DNA of 64,000 bases from Gemmatimonadota bacterium (GCA_046758745.1 JBHIAV010000013.1:1-64000), one strand, 5' to 3'; positions 1 through 9,134 are shown, counted from the stretch's first letter. The notes: a model not told the origin generated them from the letters alone. Translations and numbers: made by a program.

Positions 1-350
1 TTCAGCGTGCCCCACCCCCCCGCCACGGCGATGACCGCCTCGGAGGCCTTAACGACCAGCGTGTTGCGGGCCTCCCCCAGACCGGTGGGCAGCGGGATCG
101 ACACCGCCGGGGCGGCGGCGCGGGCGTCGTCCCCGGGTAGAAGACCGACCACGGTCCCTCCCTCCGCCGCCGCCCCCTCCGCCGCCGCCGCCATCACTCC
201 CCCGAGCCCGCCACACACCAGCACCGCCTCCGCGCGGGCGAGGCCACAGCCCACCGCCCGTGCGACGGCCATCGCATCCTCGTCCGCCTCGGCCGAGCCG
301 ATGACCCCGATGCGGAGCGGACGCTCCCGCCCGGGGCCGGGGCCGATCAC
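1..350 (-). CDS. TIGR00725 / LOG-like Rossmann-fold protein (partial, runs off the window)
   Basis: Manual translation: LRIGVIGS..VLVCGGLGGVMAAAAEGA..GTVVGLLPG..PTGLGEARNTLVVKASEAVIAVAGGWGTL; GTG start at 350. Not in the ORF track because it is truncated. Confidence 0.85.
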   Translation of the reverse strand, partial: MIGPGPGRERPLRIGVIGSAEADEDAMAVARAVGCGLARAEAVLVCGGLGGVMAAAAEGAAAEGGTVVGLLPGDDARAAAPAVSIPLPTGLGEARNTLVVKASEAVIAVAGGWGTL

Positions 351-429
351 GCGCCCCTCCGCGCCCCGCACTCCGCGCGGCGCTTCACGCTTCGGCCCTC
401 CTCGGCCGCCAGCCGGCCCGCACCGCGCC

Positions 430-1941
430 TCAGTCTGCCGCTGCGGCCCCGGCGGCCCACCAGAGCGTCGCGCCGACAGCCCGCAGCCAGCCGGCATACC
501 CCTCCTCGACCGCGGACGGCTCGGGCGACGGCTCGAACGTTCGGGCCGACCCTCGGGCGGGCAGGAAGTCCGCCGGATCGCTCCAGAACCCCACCGCCAC
601 ACCGGCCAGGCCGGCCGCGCCGATCGCCGTCAGCTCCACCGCCTCCGGACGCTGCACGGGGACACCGACGAGGTCGGCCTGGAACTGCATCAGCCAGTCG
701 TTGCGGGCCGCGCCTCCATCCGCGTTCAGGCTGACCAGCCTCAGATCGGCCCCCGATGCCATCGCGTCGAGCACCTCCCGGGTGGAGTACGCCATCGCCT
801 CGACCGCTGCACGGACGAGGTGCTCCCGGCGCGTGCCGCGCGTGAGACCGAGGATCGTGCCTCGGGCGGACGGCTCCCAGTGCGGGGTGCCGAGCCCCAC
901 GAAGGCCGGGACGAAGTACACGCCGCCGGTCCCATCCACCGACCGGGCCATCGCCTCGCTCATCGCCGCATCCTCGAGCAGGCCGAGCCCGTCCCGCAGC
1001 CACTGGATGGCGGCGCCGGCCACCAGGATCGACCCCTCGTACGCATAGGCCAGCTCGCCCCGCGGCCCGCACGCCGCGGTGGTGAGCACGCCGGGCACAT
1101 CCGGGCCCCTTCGATCGCCGGTGTGAAACAGCACGAAGGCGCCCGTGCCGTAGGTGTTCTTCGCTTCCCCGGACGACCAGCCGCCCTGCCCGTATAGGGC
1201 CGCCTGCTGATCGCCCGCTACCCCGGCCAGCGGGCACTCCGCACCGAACCCGGAGCCGTCCGTGAGGCCGAAGTCACCGGCCGAGGAGCGCACCTCCGGC
1301 AGCATGGCCCGCGGCACCCCGAACAGCTCGCAGAGATCCTCGTCCCATCCGGCGCCGAGCTTGTACAACATGGTGCGGGAGGCATTGGTGGGATCCGTGG
1401 CGTGGACCGTTCCTCCGGTGAGCTTCCATACGAGCCAGCTGTCCACCGTTCCAAACAGGAGCTCCCCATCGGCTCCGCGGGCGCGCCACTCCGGGTTTCG
1501 GTCGAGCAGCCATTCGAGCTTGGTGGCGGAGAAGTAGGGGTCCGTGACGAGCCCCGTGCGGGTTCGGATCAGCTCGGCCGCGGGGGAGCCGCGGAGCTCC
1601 GCGCATCGCTGCGCGGTGCGCCGGTCCTGCCACACGATCGCGGGGGCGGCTGGCCTGCCGGACGCCCGGTCCCAGACGACGGTCGTCTCCCGCTGGTTGG
1701 TGATCCCGATCGCCGCGACGTCGCTTAGGCCGAGGCCCGCCCCTTCCAGCGCCTCGTCGAGGGAGGCGCGAACGGACCGCCAGATCTCCTCCGCGTCGTG
1801 CTCGACCCACCCCGGCTGCGGGAAGTGTTGCGGGAACTCCCGATACGACGAAGAGAGGATCGTCCCGTCGGGGCCGAGCAGGAGAACCCGCGAGCCCGTC
1901 GTCCCCTGGTCGATGGCCAGTATGGCCCGCGGCGCGCTCAC
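430..1941 (-). CDS. glpK: glycerol kinase
   Basis: DQGTTGSR, NQRETTVVWDR, WQDRRT, DPYFSATKL, GDQQAALYGQ, KNTYGTGAF motifs; GTG start overlaps the mtnA stop (GTGA). Confidence 0.95.
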   Translation of the reverse strand: MSAPRAILAIDQGTTGSRVLLLGPDGTILSSSYREFPQHFPQPGWVEHDAEEIWRSVRASLDEALEGAGLGLSDVAAIGITNQRETTVVWDRASGRPAAPAIVWQDRRTAQRCAELRGSPAAELIRTRTGLVTDPYFSATKLEWLLDRNPEWRARGADGELLFGTVDSWLVWKLTGGTVHATDPTNASRTMLYKLGAGWDEDLCELFGVPRAMLPEVRSSAGDFGLTDGSGFGAECPLAGVAGDQQAALYGQGGWSSGEAKNTYGTGAFVLFHTGDRRGPDVPGVLTTAACGPRGELAYAYEGSILVAGAAIQWLRDGLGLLEDAAMSEAMARSVDGTGGVYFVPAFVGLGTPHWEPSARGTILGLTRGTRREHLVRAAVEAMAYSTREVLDAMASGADLRLVSLNADGGAARNDWLMQFQADLVGVPVQRPEAVELTAIGAAGLAGVAVGFWSDPADFLPARGSARTFEPSPEPSAVEEGYAGWLRAVGATLWWAAGAAAAD

Positions 1942-3080
1942 GTCGTGGCCACGGCCACGGCCGGGTCGTCGTCGAAGATGGCGCGCAGCGACTCGGCGTA
2001 CGGCGGGCGAGCGATCCCGCGGTCGGTGATGATCCCCGCGATCAGCTCCGCCGGCGTCACGTCGAACGCGGGGGTCCACACCCGCACGTCGGCCGGCGCG
2101 GTGAGCCGCCCGAAGCCGCGTCGCACCTCATCCGGGCTCCTCTCCTCGATCGGGACCTCCGCCCCGCTCGGAGTGCCGAGATCCACGGTGGAGCGCGGCG
2201 CGGCCACATAGAAGGGGATGCCGTGGTGACGGGCCAGGACCGCGAGGCCGTACGTCCCCACCTTGTTGGCCACGTCGCCGTTCGCCGCGATCCGGTCGGC
2301 ACCCACGATCACCAGGTCGACTTCCCCGCGCCCCATGAGGGCCGCCGCCGTGCTGTCGGCGATCAGCGTAACGTCCACGCCGGCCTGCTCCAGCTCCCAA
2401 GCCGTGAGGCGACTTCCCTGAAGCAGAGGCCGGGTCTCATCGACGAACACCCGCACGCGCCGACCTTGCTCGCGCGCCACGTAGATCGGCGCCAGAGCGG
2501 TGCCGATTCCGGCGGTGGCGAGCGCGCCGGCGTTGCAGTGCGTGAGGGCGGTGGCGCCGTCGGCGAACAGGGAGAGAGCGTGCTCCCCGATCCGGCGGCA
2601 CATCGCGCGATCCTCCTCGAGGATGTCGGTCGCCTCGGCGCGCAGGCGTTCCGCCAGCTCGGCCGCGCCCTCGGGTTGCGGGACCGTGCCGCCGGCCTTC
2701 GAGGCGCCGCCGGCCGGAGCCGAGGCCGTGCGCCGGTACACCCGGTCGAGCGCCCATCGGAGGTTCCGGCCGGTCGGCCTGGTGGCGGCGAGTCGATCGC
2801 ACCACCCCGCGACGGCAGCCGCCAGCTCCCGGACGGCCATCCCCTGTTCCGCGCCCGCCGTCGCCAGGGCAGCCACCCCCATGGCCGCGGCGACCCCGAT
2901 GAGCGGCGCGCCCCGCACACGAAGAGAGCGGATCGCCTCGGCGATCGACTCCAGGTCGCGGAGCTCCAGCTCGATCCGTTCCTCGGGAAGCCGGGTCTGG
3001 TCGAGGATCACGATCCCGCATCCGTCGTCCGCCCAGCGCACGGTCGTGGGCGGTCGGACGCGGTCCGTCGGGGAGCTCAC
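1938..3080 (-). CDS. mtnA: S-methyl-5-thioribose-1-phosphate isomerase
   Basis: LDQTRLP, VRGAPLIG, TRPT, THCNAGALAT, DETRPLLQGSRLTAWEL, GADRIAANGDVANKVGTY, PAFDVTP. Confidence 0.95.
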   Translation of the reverse strand: MSSPTDRVRPPTTVRWADDGCGIVILDQTRLPEERIELELRDLESIAEAIRSLRVRGAPLIGVAAAMGVAALATAGAEQGMAVRELAAAVAGWCDRLAATRPTGRNLRWALDRVYRRTASAPAGGASKAGGTVPQPEGAAELAERLRAEATDILEEDRAMCRRIGEHALSLFADGATALTHCNAGALATAGIGTALAPIYVAREQGRRVRVFVDETRPLLQGSRLTAWELEQAGVDVTLIADSTAAALMGRGEVDLVIVGADRIAANGDVANKVGTYGLAVLARHHGIPFYVAAPRSTVDLGTPSGAEVPIEERSPDEVRRGFGRLTAPADVRVWTPAFDVTPAELIAGIITDRGIARPPYAESLRAIFDDDPAVAVATT

Positions 3081-3667
3081 ACCTCCTCCAGCTGGCCGAA
3101 AGCGTAGCGCAGCCGATAGAGGCCCAGCAGGCCGAGCAGCAGGTGCACGGGAAGACCCATCACGTTGAAGTAGTCACCGTCGATGCGGCGGACGAGAGAA
3201 GAGCCGTACCCCTGGATCGCGTAAGCTCCTGCCTTGTCGAGAGATTCGCCGGTGGCAACGTATTCGGCACACTCGGAGCGAGCAAGCGGGCGAAACCACA
3301 CCCGCGTCTCCTCCACTGCGGCTTCCACCCGATCGCCGTGCGCCAGCGCCAGACCGGTGAAGACGCTATGCGCGCGACCGGCGAGCCTCATCAGCATCTC
3401 GACCGCCTCCTCGCGGTTCGCCGGTTTGCCGAGGAGCTGTCCGTCCACGGCCACCAGCGTATCGGCGGCGAGGACAATCTCGTCGGGCTCCCGGGAGACG
3501 GCGATCGCTTTCTCCGCCGCGATGCGCACGGCTGCTTCGCCGGGCGTCTCCCGCGGGTCCCAGCGCTCGTCGACGGAGGGCGGACGAAGCTCGAAGCAGA
3601 GACCGAGGCGCGACAGGATCTCTCTGCGACGGGCCGACGCCGACGCGAGGACCAGCCTGGGGATCAC
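3077..3667 (-). CDS. maf: Maf/YhdE-family nucleoside triphosphate pyrophosphatase
   Basis: LVLASASARR, AADTLV, LGKP, DKAGAYAIQG, NVMGLP; GTG start overlaps the dtd stop (alternative ATG at 3679). Confidence 0.92.
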   Translation of the reverse strand: MIPRLVLASASARRREILSRLGLCFELRPPSVDERWDPRETPGEAAVRIAAEKAIAVSREPDEIVLAADTLVAVDGQLLGKPANREEAVEMLMRLAGRAHSVFTGLALAHGDRVEAAVEETRVWFRPLARSECAEYVATGESLDKAGAYAIQGYGSSLVRRIDGDYFNVMGLPVHLLLGLLGLYRLRYAFGQLEEV

Positions 3668-4101
3668 CGTTCCATCCATAGAGTGACCGGGCCGTCGTTC
3701 ACCAGCTCCACCTCCATGAGCGCTCCGAACTCCCCGGCCGCCACCGGGATCGTGCCGGTCCGGCACAGATCGAGGAATCGATGGTACAGCCGGTTCGCTT
3801 CCTCCGCCGGAGCGGCGCGAACGAAGGAGGGCCTGCGTCCCCGTTCCACCTCACCGTACAGGGTGAACTGCGACACCACCAGGAGCTCGCCGCGGACCTC
3901 CTCGAGCCCCAGGTTCATCCGGCCCTCGGCGTCTGCGAAGAGCCGAAGGCCATGGATCTTCTGGGCCATCCACCGCAGCTGATCGTCCGCGTCGCCGGCT
4001 GTGAAGCCAACCAGGACGAGCAGACCCCGGCCGATCTCCCCGGCTACCCTTCCCTCTACCCGCACTGTCGCGCGCGAGACCCGCTGCACCACCGCTCTCA
4101 T
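3664..4101 (-). CDS. dtd: D-aminoacyl-tRNA deacylase
   Basis: MRAVVQRVSRA, SQFTL, RRPSF, GEFGALMEVELVNDGPVT. Confidence 0.96.
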   Translation of the reverse strand: MRAVVQRVSRATVRVEGRVAGEIGRGLLVLVGFTAGDADDQLRWMAQKIHGLRLFADAEGRMNLGLEEVRGELLVVSQFTLYGEVERGRRPSFVRAAPAEEANRLYHRFLDLCRTGTIPVAAGEFGALMEVELVNDGPVTLWMER

Positions 4102-4219
4102 CGGGTCGCCTCCTTCAACGCTCCGAGCCACGCCGCGCCGCCCCTTCCCGCGGCCGTCCCTGCCCACCGCGCCGGGTCGCCCCTCCGCCGGCTCCCGGTC
4201 CCGCTCAGTTTCCGCGAGG

Positions 4220-4335
4220 CGTGGATAACGCTCTCCACGCAGCACGGCCAGACGCCTCGCACGGCCGCATCACAATTCCACAATTTTCCACAAGATATTA
4301 ACACCTTATCCACACATGCCCTTTTTTCGAAAAAC
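4220..4335. promoter_or_regulatory. DnaA-box cluster (candidate oriC or other DnaA-binding locus)
   Basis: Perfect TTATCCACA at 4306-4314; TTTTCCACA 4284-4292; AATTCCACA 4274-4282; ATATTAACA 4295-4303; opposite-orientation CGTGGATAA 4220-4228; AT-rich patch in an otherwise GC-rich sequence. Confidence 0.7.
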
Positions 4336-4470
4336 CAGCTCTGGGACGTCGCTCCCGAAGGCGGCGTTCGGGGATCCACCGGGGCCGGGCTGCCCAGGCG
4401 GAAAGCGCCCGGCCAGCAGGAGATACGGGGAGACCATGTGTCCGGGAAGCGGAAGTGGGAGGAAACACCG

Positions 4471-4515
4471 ATAAATACTCAGCCCCCGGCGCTCCGAAGA
4501 GCGTCAGGGGCTGAG
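4471..4515 (-). terminator. intrinsic terminator-like hairpin
   Basis: Minus strand: CTCAGCCCCTGACGCTC-TTCG-GAGCGCCGGGGGCTGAG followed by TATTTAT; C(UUCG)G tetraloop. Confidence 0.7.
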
Positions 4516-4720
4516 GGAGGATTTCTTTTCCGCACCGTCGCGTTAATCTTGGTCGGTTGCGCTTACCTTCCAAGACTCAACGGGCCTGGCACCATCACTC
4601 CCGACCAGCTGTGCGGCGGTCGTTCTCGCGGGGAGTCCGTCCCGCCGCGCCGGGAAACCCGTTGTCGCGTAGCCGGTACAGCGGCCTTCCGCGTTAGGCC
4701 GGTGCCTCCTCCGGCGCACG
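4471..4720 (-). ncRNA. candidate structured non-coding RNA, family unknown
   Basis: Bounded by a sigma70-like promoter and a terminator; several nested stems with G-U pairs that favour the minus strand; no credible ORF. Confidence 0.55.
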
Positions 4721-4725
4721 GCCTC

Positions 4726-4753
4726 AACATAATCTAAAATTTACGGGCGTCAA
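4726..4753 (-). promoter_or_regulatory. sigma70-like promoter
   Basis: TTGACG-N16-TATGTT, with an A/T-rich UP-element-like tract upstream (about 4773-4790). Confidence 0.65.
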
Positions 4754-4933
4754 GCCCGGCTTCGCCGCAATCCTTGTTTTTTAAAATTCTTCTTCCTCCG
4801 ACCCGCCCCGCGCGCGCACATCCGAGAGCAAAGAATCGGGTTTGCTTTCTCGTGCCTCCGCCGGGCGATCCGGACCCCGGCATTCGGCCCCCACCGCCGC
4901 CCGCGCAGAGACGGGTGTGGCCCCTCCCTCCGT

Positions 4934-7063
4934 TCACCGGGCCGCGGGTGCCGCCCCAGACGGGAAGAGCTTGCGGCTCTCCTCGAGGAGGCGGCGGGCG
5001 TCGAGCGTGACCCCTTCGCTCCGGATGCGCTCGATCACCCGGTGCAGAAGAGCATTCGGCGGCAGCGTACGCCGGAGCCCGTCCACGCCGCCGACCAGCA
5101 CGAGCATCTCCCGGCTCCGTGACAGGGCCACATTGAGCAGGCGAGGGAAGTCAGGGTTCCGCCGCTCGTTGAGGAACCAGCTGCGCGCGGGAGGCGCGTC
5201 GACCGTGTCGAACACCACCACTGCCTTCTCCCGTCCCTGGAACCGATGGATGGTGCTGATCTCGAGCTGTCGCGGCGCCACCGGCCCCAGGCGACCGCGG
5301 GCGAGGGAGGCCAGCCGGCGAATGTGTACCCGGTACGGAGCCACCACCGCCACGTCGGAGAGGCCGCGGCGAGCCAGGATCTCGAGGAGCCGGAGCAGCA
5401 CCTCCAGGTGCTTCGGGTTGGATCTGGATCCCTCCGCCCGCACCACGGACGGCCGGAGGGTCGTCGTATCGACCAGGACAAGCGGCGCCGCGGCGAGCGG
5501 GCGGCGCGCCACCTCCGCTGCATCGCGCAGCCGACCGCCGTAGAACACGTCGCTGACGAGGGCTCGGATCGGTGGAGCCATGCGGTATTGCTCGACGAGC
5601 ATGGCGCACAACCGGTCGCGCTCGCTCGGCAGAGCCGGCTCCCCGGCGGGGCGGTCGGGGACGATCCCCGCCTCCCGGAAGGCATCGCGGGCGAGCCAGC
5701 GGGCCGCGCGCCCGTCGCGGGAGACCACCACGGCAGGCAGCTGCTGGAAGTCGCCGATCGCGATGGCCCGGCGGGAGGCCCGTGCGGCGGCGACGAGGAC
5801 GCACGGCAGCGGCGCGGTGCTCGCCTCGTCGACGATGACCGAATCGAAACGTAGCCCGGCCAGCTCTTCCCGTACGGAGAGCCGGGCGAACGTGGATACG
5901 ACCACGTCGGCTTCGCCCAGGACCAGCCGCGCGGCGCTCTGCATCTCGCCTACCAAGCGGCCGAGGCGCGGCGGAAGAGAGGGGTCCTCCGCGCCGCGGG
6001 CCGCCGCCAGAAGCCGGCCGAGGCGTGCCCGTAGCCCGCCGGGCGGCGTGCTGCGGGGTTCGGGCCCCGCGCCATGGAGCCGGGAACCGGCGCCGTCGAG
6101 CTCGGGCCCCGCGCCGTGGAGCTCGACGCCCGAGCGGCGAGCCCCGCGACCGGTCGTGCGTCGCGCCGCCCCACCGGCGGCGCGCCGAGGCCGCCCTCCG
6201 AGCAGCTCCCGCTCCAGATCCGTGATGGCGTCCTCGAGCCAGCCACCGGGACCGGACGCGAAGCGATCGAGGGCCGCCTCGAGGGAGAGGCGGAGATCCC
6301 CCGTGACGCTGAACTCCGCTCCCAGCCGCACGATCCGGTTCGCCGTCACGCCCGTCGGCCCCAGGCTGTTCGCGACGCGTTCGGCCGCCTCGTCGACCGC
6401 GGCGTTGGTCGTCGCCACCACGAGCACCCTGCCCCGCTCGGCCAGCTCGGCTGCCGCGTGCCCGAGTAGCCGTGTCTTTCCGGTCCCGGGAGGGCCCCAC
6501 ACGAACTGGACATCGCTGCCGAGCATCCGACGCAGCGCCGTTCGCTGCGAGTCGTTCAGCTCGTCCGACTCCGGGCGTCGAGGCTCCTCCTCGCCGGTTC
6601 CGGGAAAGAGCCTTCCGAAGAGCCGCAGGGCCGTCTCGGGGTGGAAGAGGTCGGGTTCCCTCCCGATCTCGGCGAGCCGATCGGCCAGCGCGTCGAGGAG
6701 CCAGGTCGGATCGAAGGCGAGCTCGGCGTGGCCCGGGTGCCGACCCAGCCACTCCGAGGTGGTGAGTCGCACCGCGGGTCGGTCGCGCTCGAACGCCGTG
6801 ACGAAAGCGAGTCCCTCGCCCGCGTCGCACTTCACACGTACGGCGTCGTCCGTCCGGATGTCGTAGCGGCCCGCAGGGAGCTCCCACTCGTACAGGAAGC
6901 CCGAGCCCGCCCACTCCTGGAGGTGCCCCCCGGTGGCGGGAACCGGCCGATCGAGGCCGCGCCGCACAAGCCGGTCCCGGACGGCCCGGGCCTCGACATC
7001 GACGGCCTCCAGGCACCCGTCCACGACCTCCCTCAGCGACTCGATGATGGCCGGATTCGTCAT
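4934..7063 (-). CDS. superfamily 1 (UPF1/DNA2-like, AAA_11/AAA_12) helicase
   Basis: GPPGTGKT, ATTNAAVD, IVDEAS, GDFQQLPAV, EQYRM, TIHRFQGREK, RLLNVALSRSR. Confidence 0.9.
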   Translation of the reverse strand: MTNPAIIESLREVVDGCLEAVDVEARAVRDRLVRRGLDRPVPATGGHLQEWAGSGFLYEWELPAGRYDIRTDDAVRVKCDAGEGLAFVTAFERDRPAVRLTTSEWLGRHPGHAELAFDPTWLLDALADRLAEIGREPDLFHPETALRLFGRLFPGTGEEEPRRPESDELNDSQRTALRRMLGSDVQFVWGPPGTGKTRLLGHAAAELAERGRVLVVATTNAAVDEAAERVANSLGPTGVTANRIVRLGAEFSVTGDLRLSLEAALDRFASGPGGWLEDAITDLERELLGGRPRRAAGGAARRTTGRGARRSGVELHGAGPELDGAGSRLHGAGPEPRSTPPGGLRARLGRLLAAARGAEDPSLPPRLGRLVGEMQSAARLVLGEADVVVSTFARLSVREELAGLRFDSVIVDEASTAPLPCVLVAAARASRRAIAIGDFQQLPAVVVSRDGRAARWLARDAFREAGIVPDRPAGEPALPSERDRLCAMLVEQYRMAPPIRALVSDVFYGGRLRDAAEVARRPLAAAPLVLVDTTTLRPSVVRAEGSRSNPKHLEVLLRLLEILARRGLSDVAVVAPYRVHIRRLASLARGRLGPVAPRQLEISTIHRFQGREKAVVVFDTVDAPPARSWFLNERRNPDFPRLLNVALSRSREMLVLVGGVDGLRRTLPPNALLHRVIERIRSEGVTLDARRLLEESRKLFPSGAAPAAR
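6060..6122. repeat. in-frame 21-bp tandem repeat x3 inside the helicase gene
   Basis: tcgggccccgcgccatggagc / cgggaaccggcgccgtcgagc / tcgggccccgcgccgtggagc, encoding LHGAGPE-LDGAGSR-LHGAGPE. Confidence 0.8.
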
Positions 7064-7465
7064 TGCAGGTTACAAGGTACTGACGGACCGGGACGGAGGG
7101 GACCTGCCGCACGTCGGGCCGGCCGACTGCGGAGGGCGTGACGGACGCCGAGCTTCATGAGGCTTTCTCCACCACGCTTCTCGTCGGTGGCTCGATCGTG
7201 ATTCCGCATCTGCAGCAGCCGTCGCTTTTCTTGAGTGGCTCCCTCCGGCCGAGTAGAGTGCCGCGGGTCGCACGGGGAGGCCAGGATCGGGCGACCGACC
7301 AGCTTGCGGCCCTCCGGCAGGATCGTACCCGGAGCCAGGACGCCCTGGAGCCACGGGCGCCCGACGGGCGCGCGGCACCAGGGCCCTGCGGCGCACCGCC
7401 AAGCCGAGGCACCGGCCGCGCGGCGCGCGCCGGACCAGCGGCACGGACGACAGGAGGAGAAAGAC

Positions 7466-8473
7466 TTGCCCCACCCGGGAGACATTCGCGCCTTTCGGAG
7501 GCACGCCGATTGGGCGCTGGTCGCCGCGACTGCGCAGGAGCTGGGGATCATCGACGCGCTGGCGCAAGGCCCGGCGACGGCCGAAGCGCTCGCCGCCCGA
7601 CTCTCGCTGAGCCCCCGCGGGGTGACGATCCTGCTGGGAGCCCTCGAGGGGCTTTCCGTCGTGCGGAGGGATCCCGAGGGGTTTCGGCTCACCGGAGCGG
7701 CGCGCGGACGGCTCGTCGACTCCGACACGCCCGACTACGAGGCCGCCTCCCTCCGGCACTGGCTGCACGGGGTACGCCGGTGGGCCGCCGAGCTCCCGGA
7801 GGCGCTGCGGCGCGGAGCCCCGGTCGGGGACGACGGACCGAGCCGAGGAGCCCCTCGTGAGCCCGAAGCGCTGGAGCGCTTCATGGCGGCGATGGAGAAC
7901 AAGGATCCCGAGCTGGTCGCGCGAGTAGTCGACAGGTGCCTGGCACGGGTCCCGGGGGCGGAGCGGATGCTGGACGTGGGGGGAGGGCCGGGCACCTTCG
8001 CGCGGGCCTTCGCGGCTCGAGGCATCCGCGCCACGCTGCTCGACCGCCCCGAGGTGATCGACTTCGTCGGACCGCGGTACGGCCTCTCGTCGCACCCGTC
8101 CGTTGAGCTTGTGGCCGGGGACTTCCTCACCGAGCTGCCGGAGGGAGAGTTCGACATCATCCTGGTTGCGAACATCACCCACATCTATCCAGCGCCGGTG
8201 AATGCGGAGCTCTTTCGACAGCTCGCCGGGCGGCTCGGGAAGAGCGGGGCGCTCGCCGTCGTGGACTTCGTGCGTGAGCTTTCCGAGTTCGCCCCGCTCT
8301 TCGCCATCACCATGCTGCTCAACACGGAGGCCGGGGACACGTACCGCCTCGCCGAGTACGAGGCGTGGCTGGAGGCCGCCGGGCTCCACGAGGTGCGATG
8401 GAGCCCGGTGGGGGCCGACGTGCAGCTCATCACCGCGACGCTGCAAGCCTCGACCTCGGTGGAAGCGGGATGA
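7466..8473 (+). CDS. class I SAM-dependent methyltransferase (O-methyltransferase-like, with N-terminal dimerisation domain)
   Basis: LDVGGGPG, GDFL, ANITH; AGGAGG ribosome-binding site (RBS) then TTG at 7466. Confidence 0.85.
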   Translation: MPHPGDIRAFRRHADWALVAATAQELGIIDALAQGPATAEALAARLSLSPRGVTILLGALEGLSVVRRDPEGFRLTGAARGRLVDSDTPDYEAASLRHWLHGVRRWAAELPEALRRGAPVGDDGPSRGAPREPEALERFMAAMENKDPELVARVVDRCLARVPGAERMLDVGGGPGTFARAFAARGIRATLLDRPEVIDFVGPRYGLSSHPSVELVAGDFLTELPEGEFDIILVANITHIYPAPVNAELFRQLAGRLGKSGALAVVDFVRELSEFAPLFAITMLLNTEAGDTYRLAEYEAWLEAAGLHEVRWSPVGADVQLITATLQASTSVEAG

Positions 8474-8672
8474 GGATCGGCGCAACGGAAGGAGCCGGAG
8501 GGTCGGAACCGCCGTCTCGCCATGGCGGTTACCCGGCCGAGCCGGGTCTCGCTCTCGCATGGGGAGACGTCCGGCCGCTATACTCGGGCCCCGGGCGAAC
8601 GGCGCGCGTTTTGCCGCCGGGGCGTCGAGAAGCGGACGCGGCCGCCCGGCGAACCGCGAAGCGAGGAGCGGG

Positions 8673-9134
8673 ATGACGAAGGCTGGAGAGATGGCGCCCG
8701 AGTTCGAGCTCACGGCGGACGACGGTCGCACGATCCGACTGCGCGACCTTCGCGGCCGCCGCGTGGTGCTCTTCTTCTATCCGAAGGATGACACGAGCGG
8801 CTGCACCAAGGAAGCGTGCGGGTTCCGGGACAGCCTGGAGGCCTTCACCTCCCGGGACACCGTCATCCTCGGCGTCAGCCCGGACGACGAGGCCTCGCAC
8901 GCCAGGTTCCGGGACAAGCACCGACTGAACTTTCCGCTCCTCGTGGACGCCGGCCATCGGGTGGCCGAGGCGTACGGCGCGTGGGGGCTGAAGAAGCGCT
9001 ATGGACGCGAGTACGAGGGCATCCTCCGGACGACATTCGTCATCGGACCCGACGGGCGGGTCGAGCGTGTGTACGAGCGAGTGAGGCCGGACGGGCACGC
9101 GGAGGAACTCCTCGAGGCGCTCCCCGTGGGCTGA
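8673..9134 (+). CDS. bcp: thioredoxin-dependent peroxiredoxin (BCP/PrxQ)
   Basis: FFYPKDDTSGCTKEACGFRD, RTTFVIG; GAGGAG RBS. Confidence 0.95.
   Translation: MTKAGEMAPEFELTADDGRTIRLRDLRGRRVVLFFYPKDDTSGCTKEACGFRDSLEAFTSRDTVILGVSPDDEASHARFRDKHRLNFPLLVDAGHRVAEAYGAWGLKKRYGREYEGILRTTFVIGPDGRVERVYERVRPDGHAEELLEALPVG

Noticed and set aside
4298-4573. 91-aa ORF containing RTHGL, reminiscent of ribosomal protein L34 near an origin
   Set aside because: It lacks the MKRTYQP start and the basic composition of L34, and it overlaps the RNA hairpins and DnaA boxes.
4555-4592. SRP helix-8-like string GCCAGGCCCG...GGAAGGUAAGC in the candidate RNA, and a 5' GCCGUGC as in Bacillus scRNA
   Set aside because: A 9-nt insertion breaks the conserved tetraloop stem, these bases pair better elsewhere, and there is no 3' complement to the 5' end.
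7060-7209. Small ORF (MRNHDRAT...) whose stop overlaps the helicase ATG
   Set aside because: No clear RBS or recognisable motif; indistinguishable from chance.
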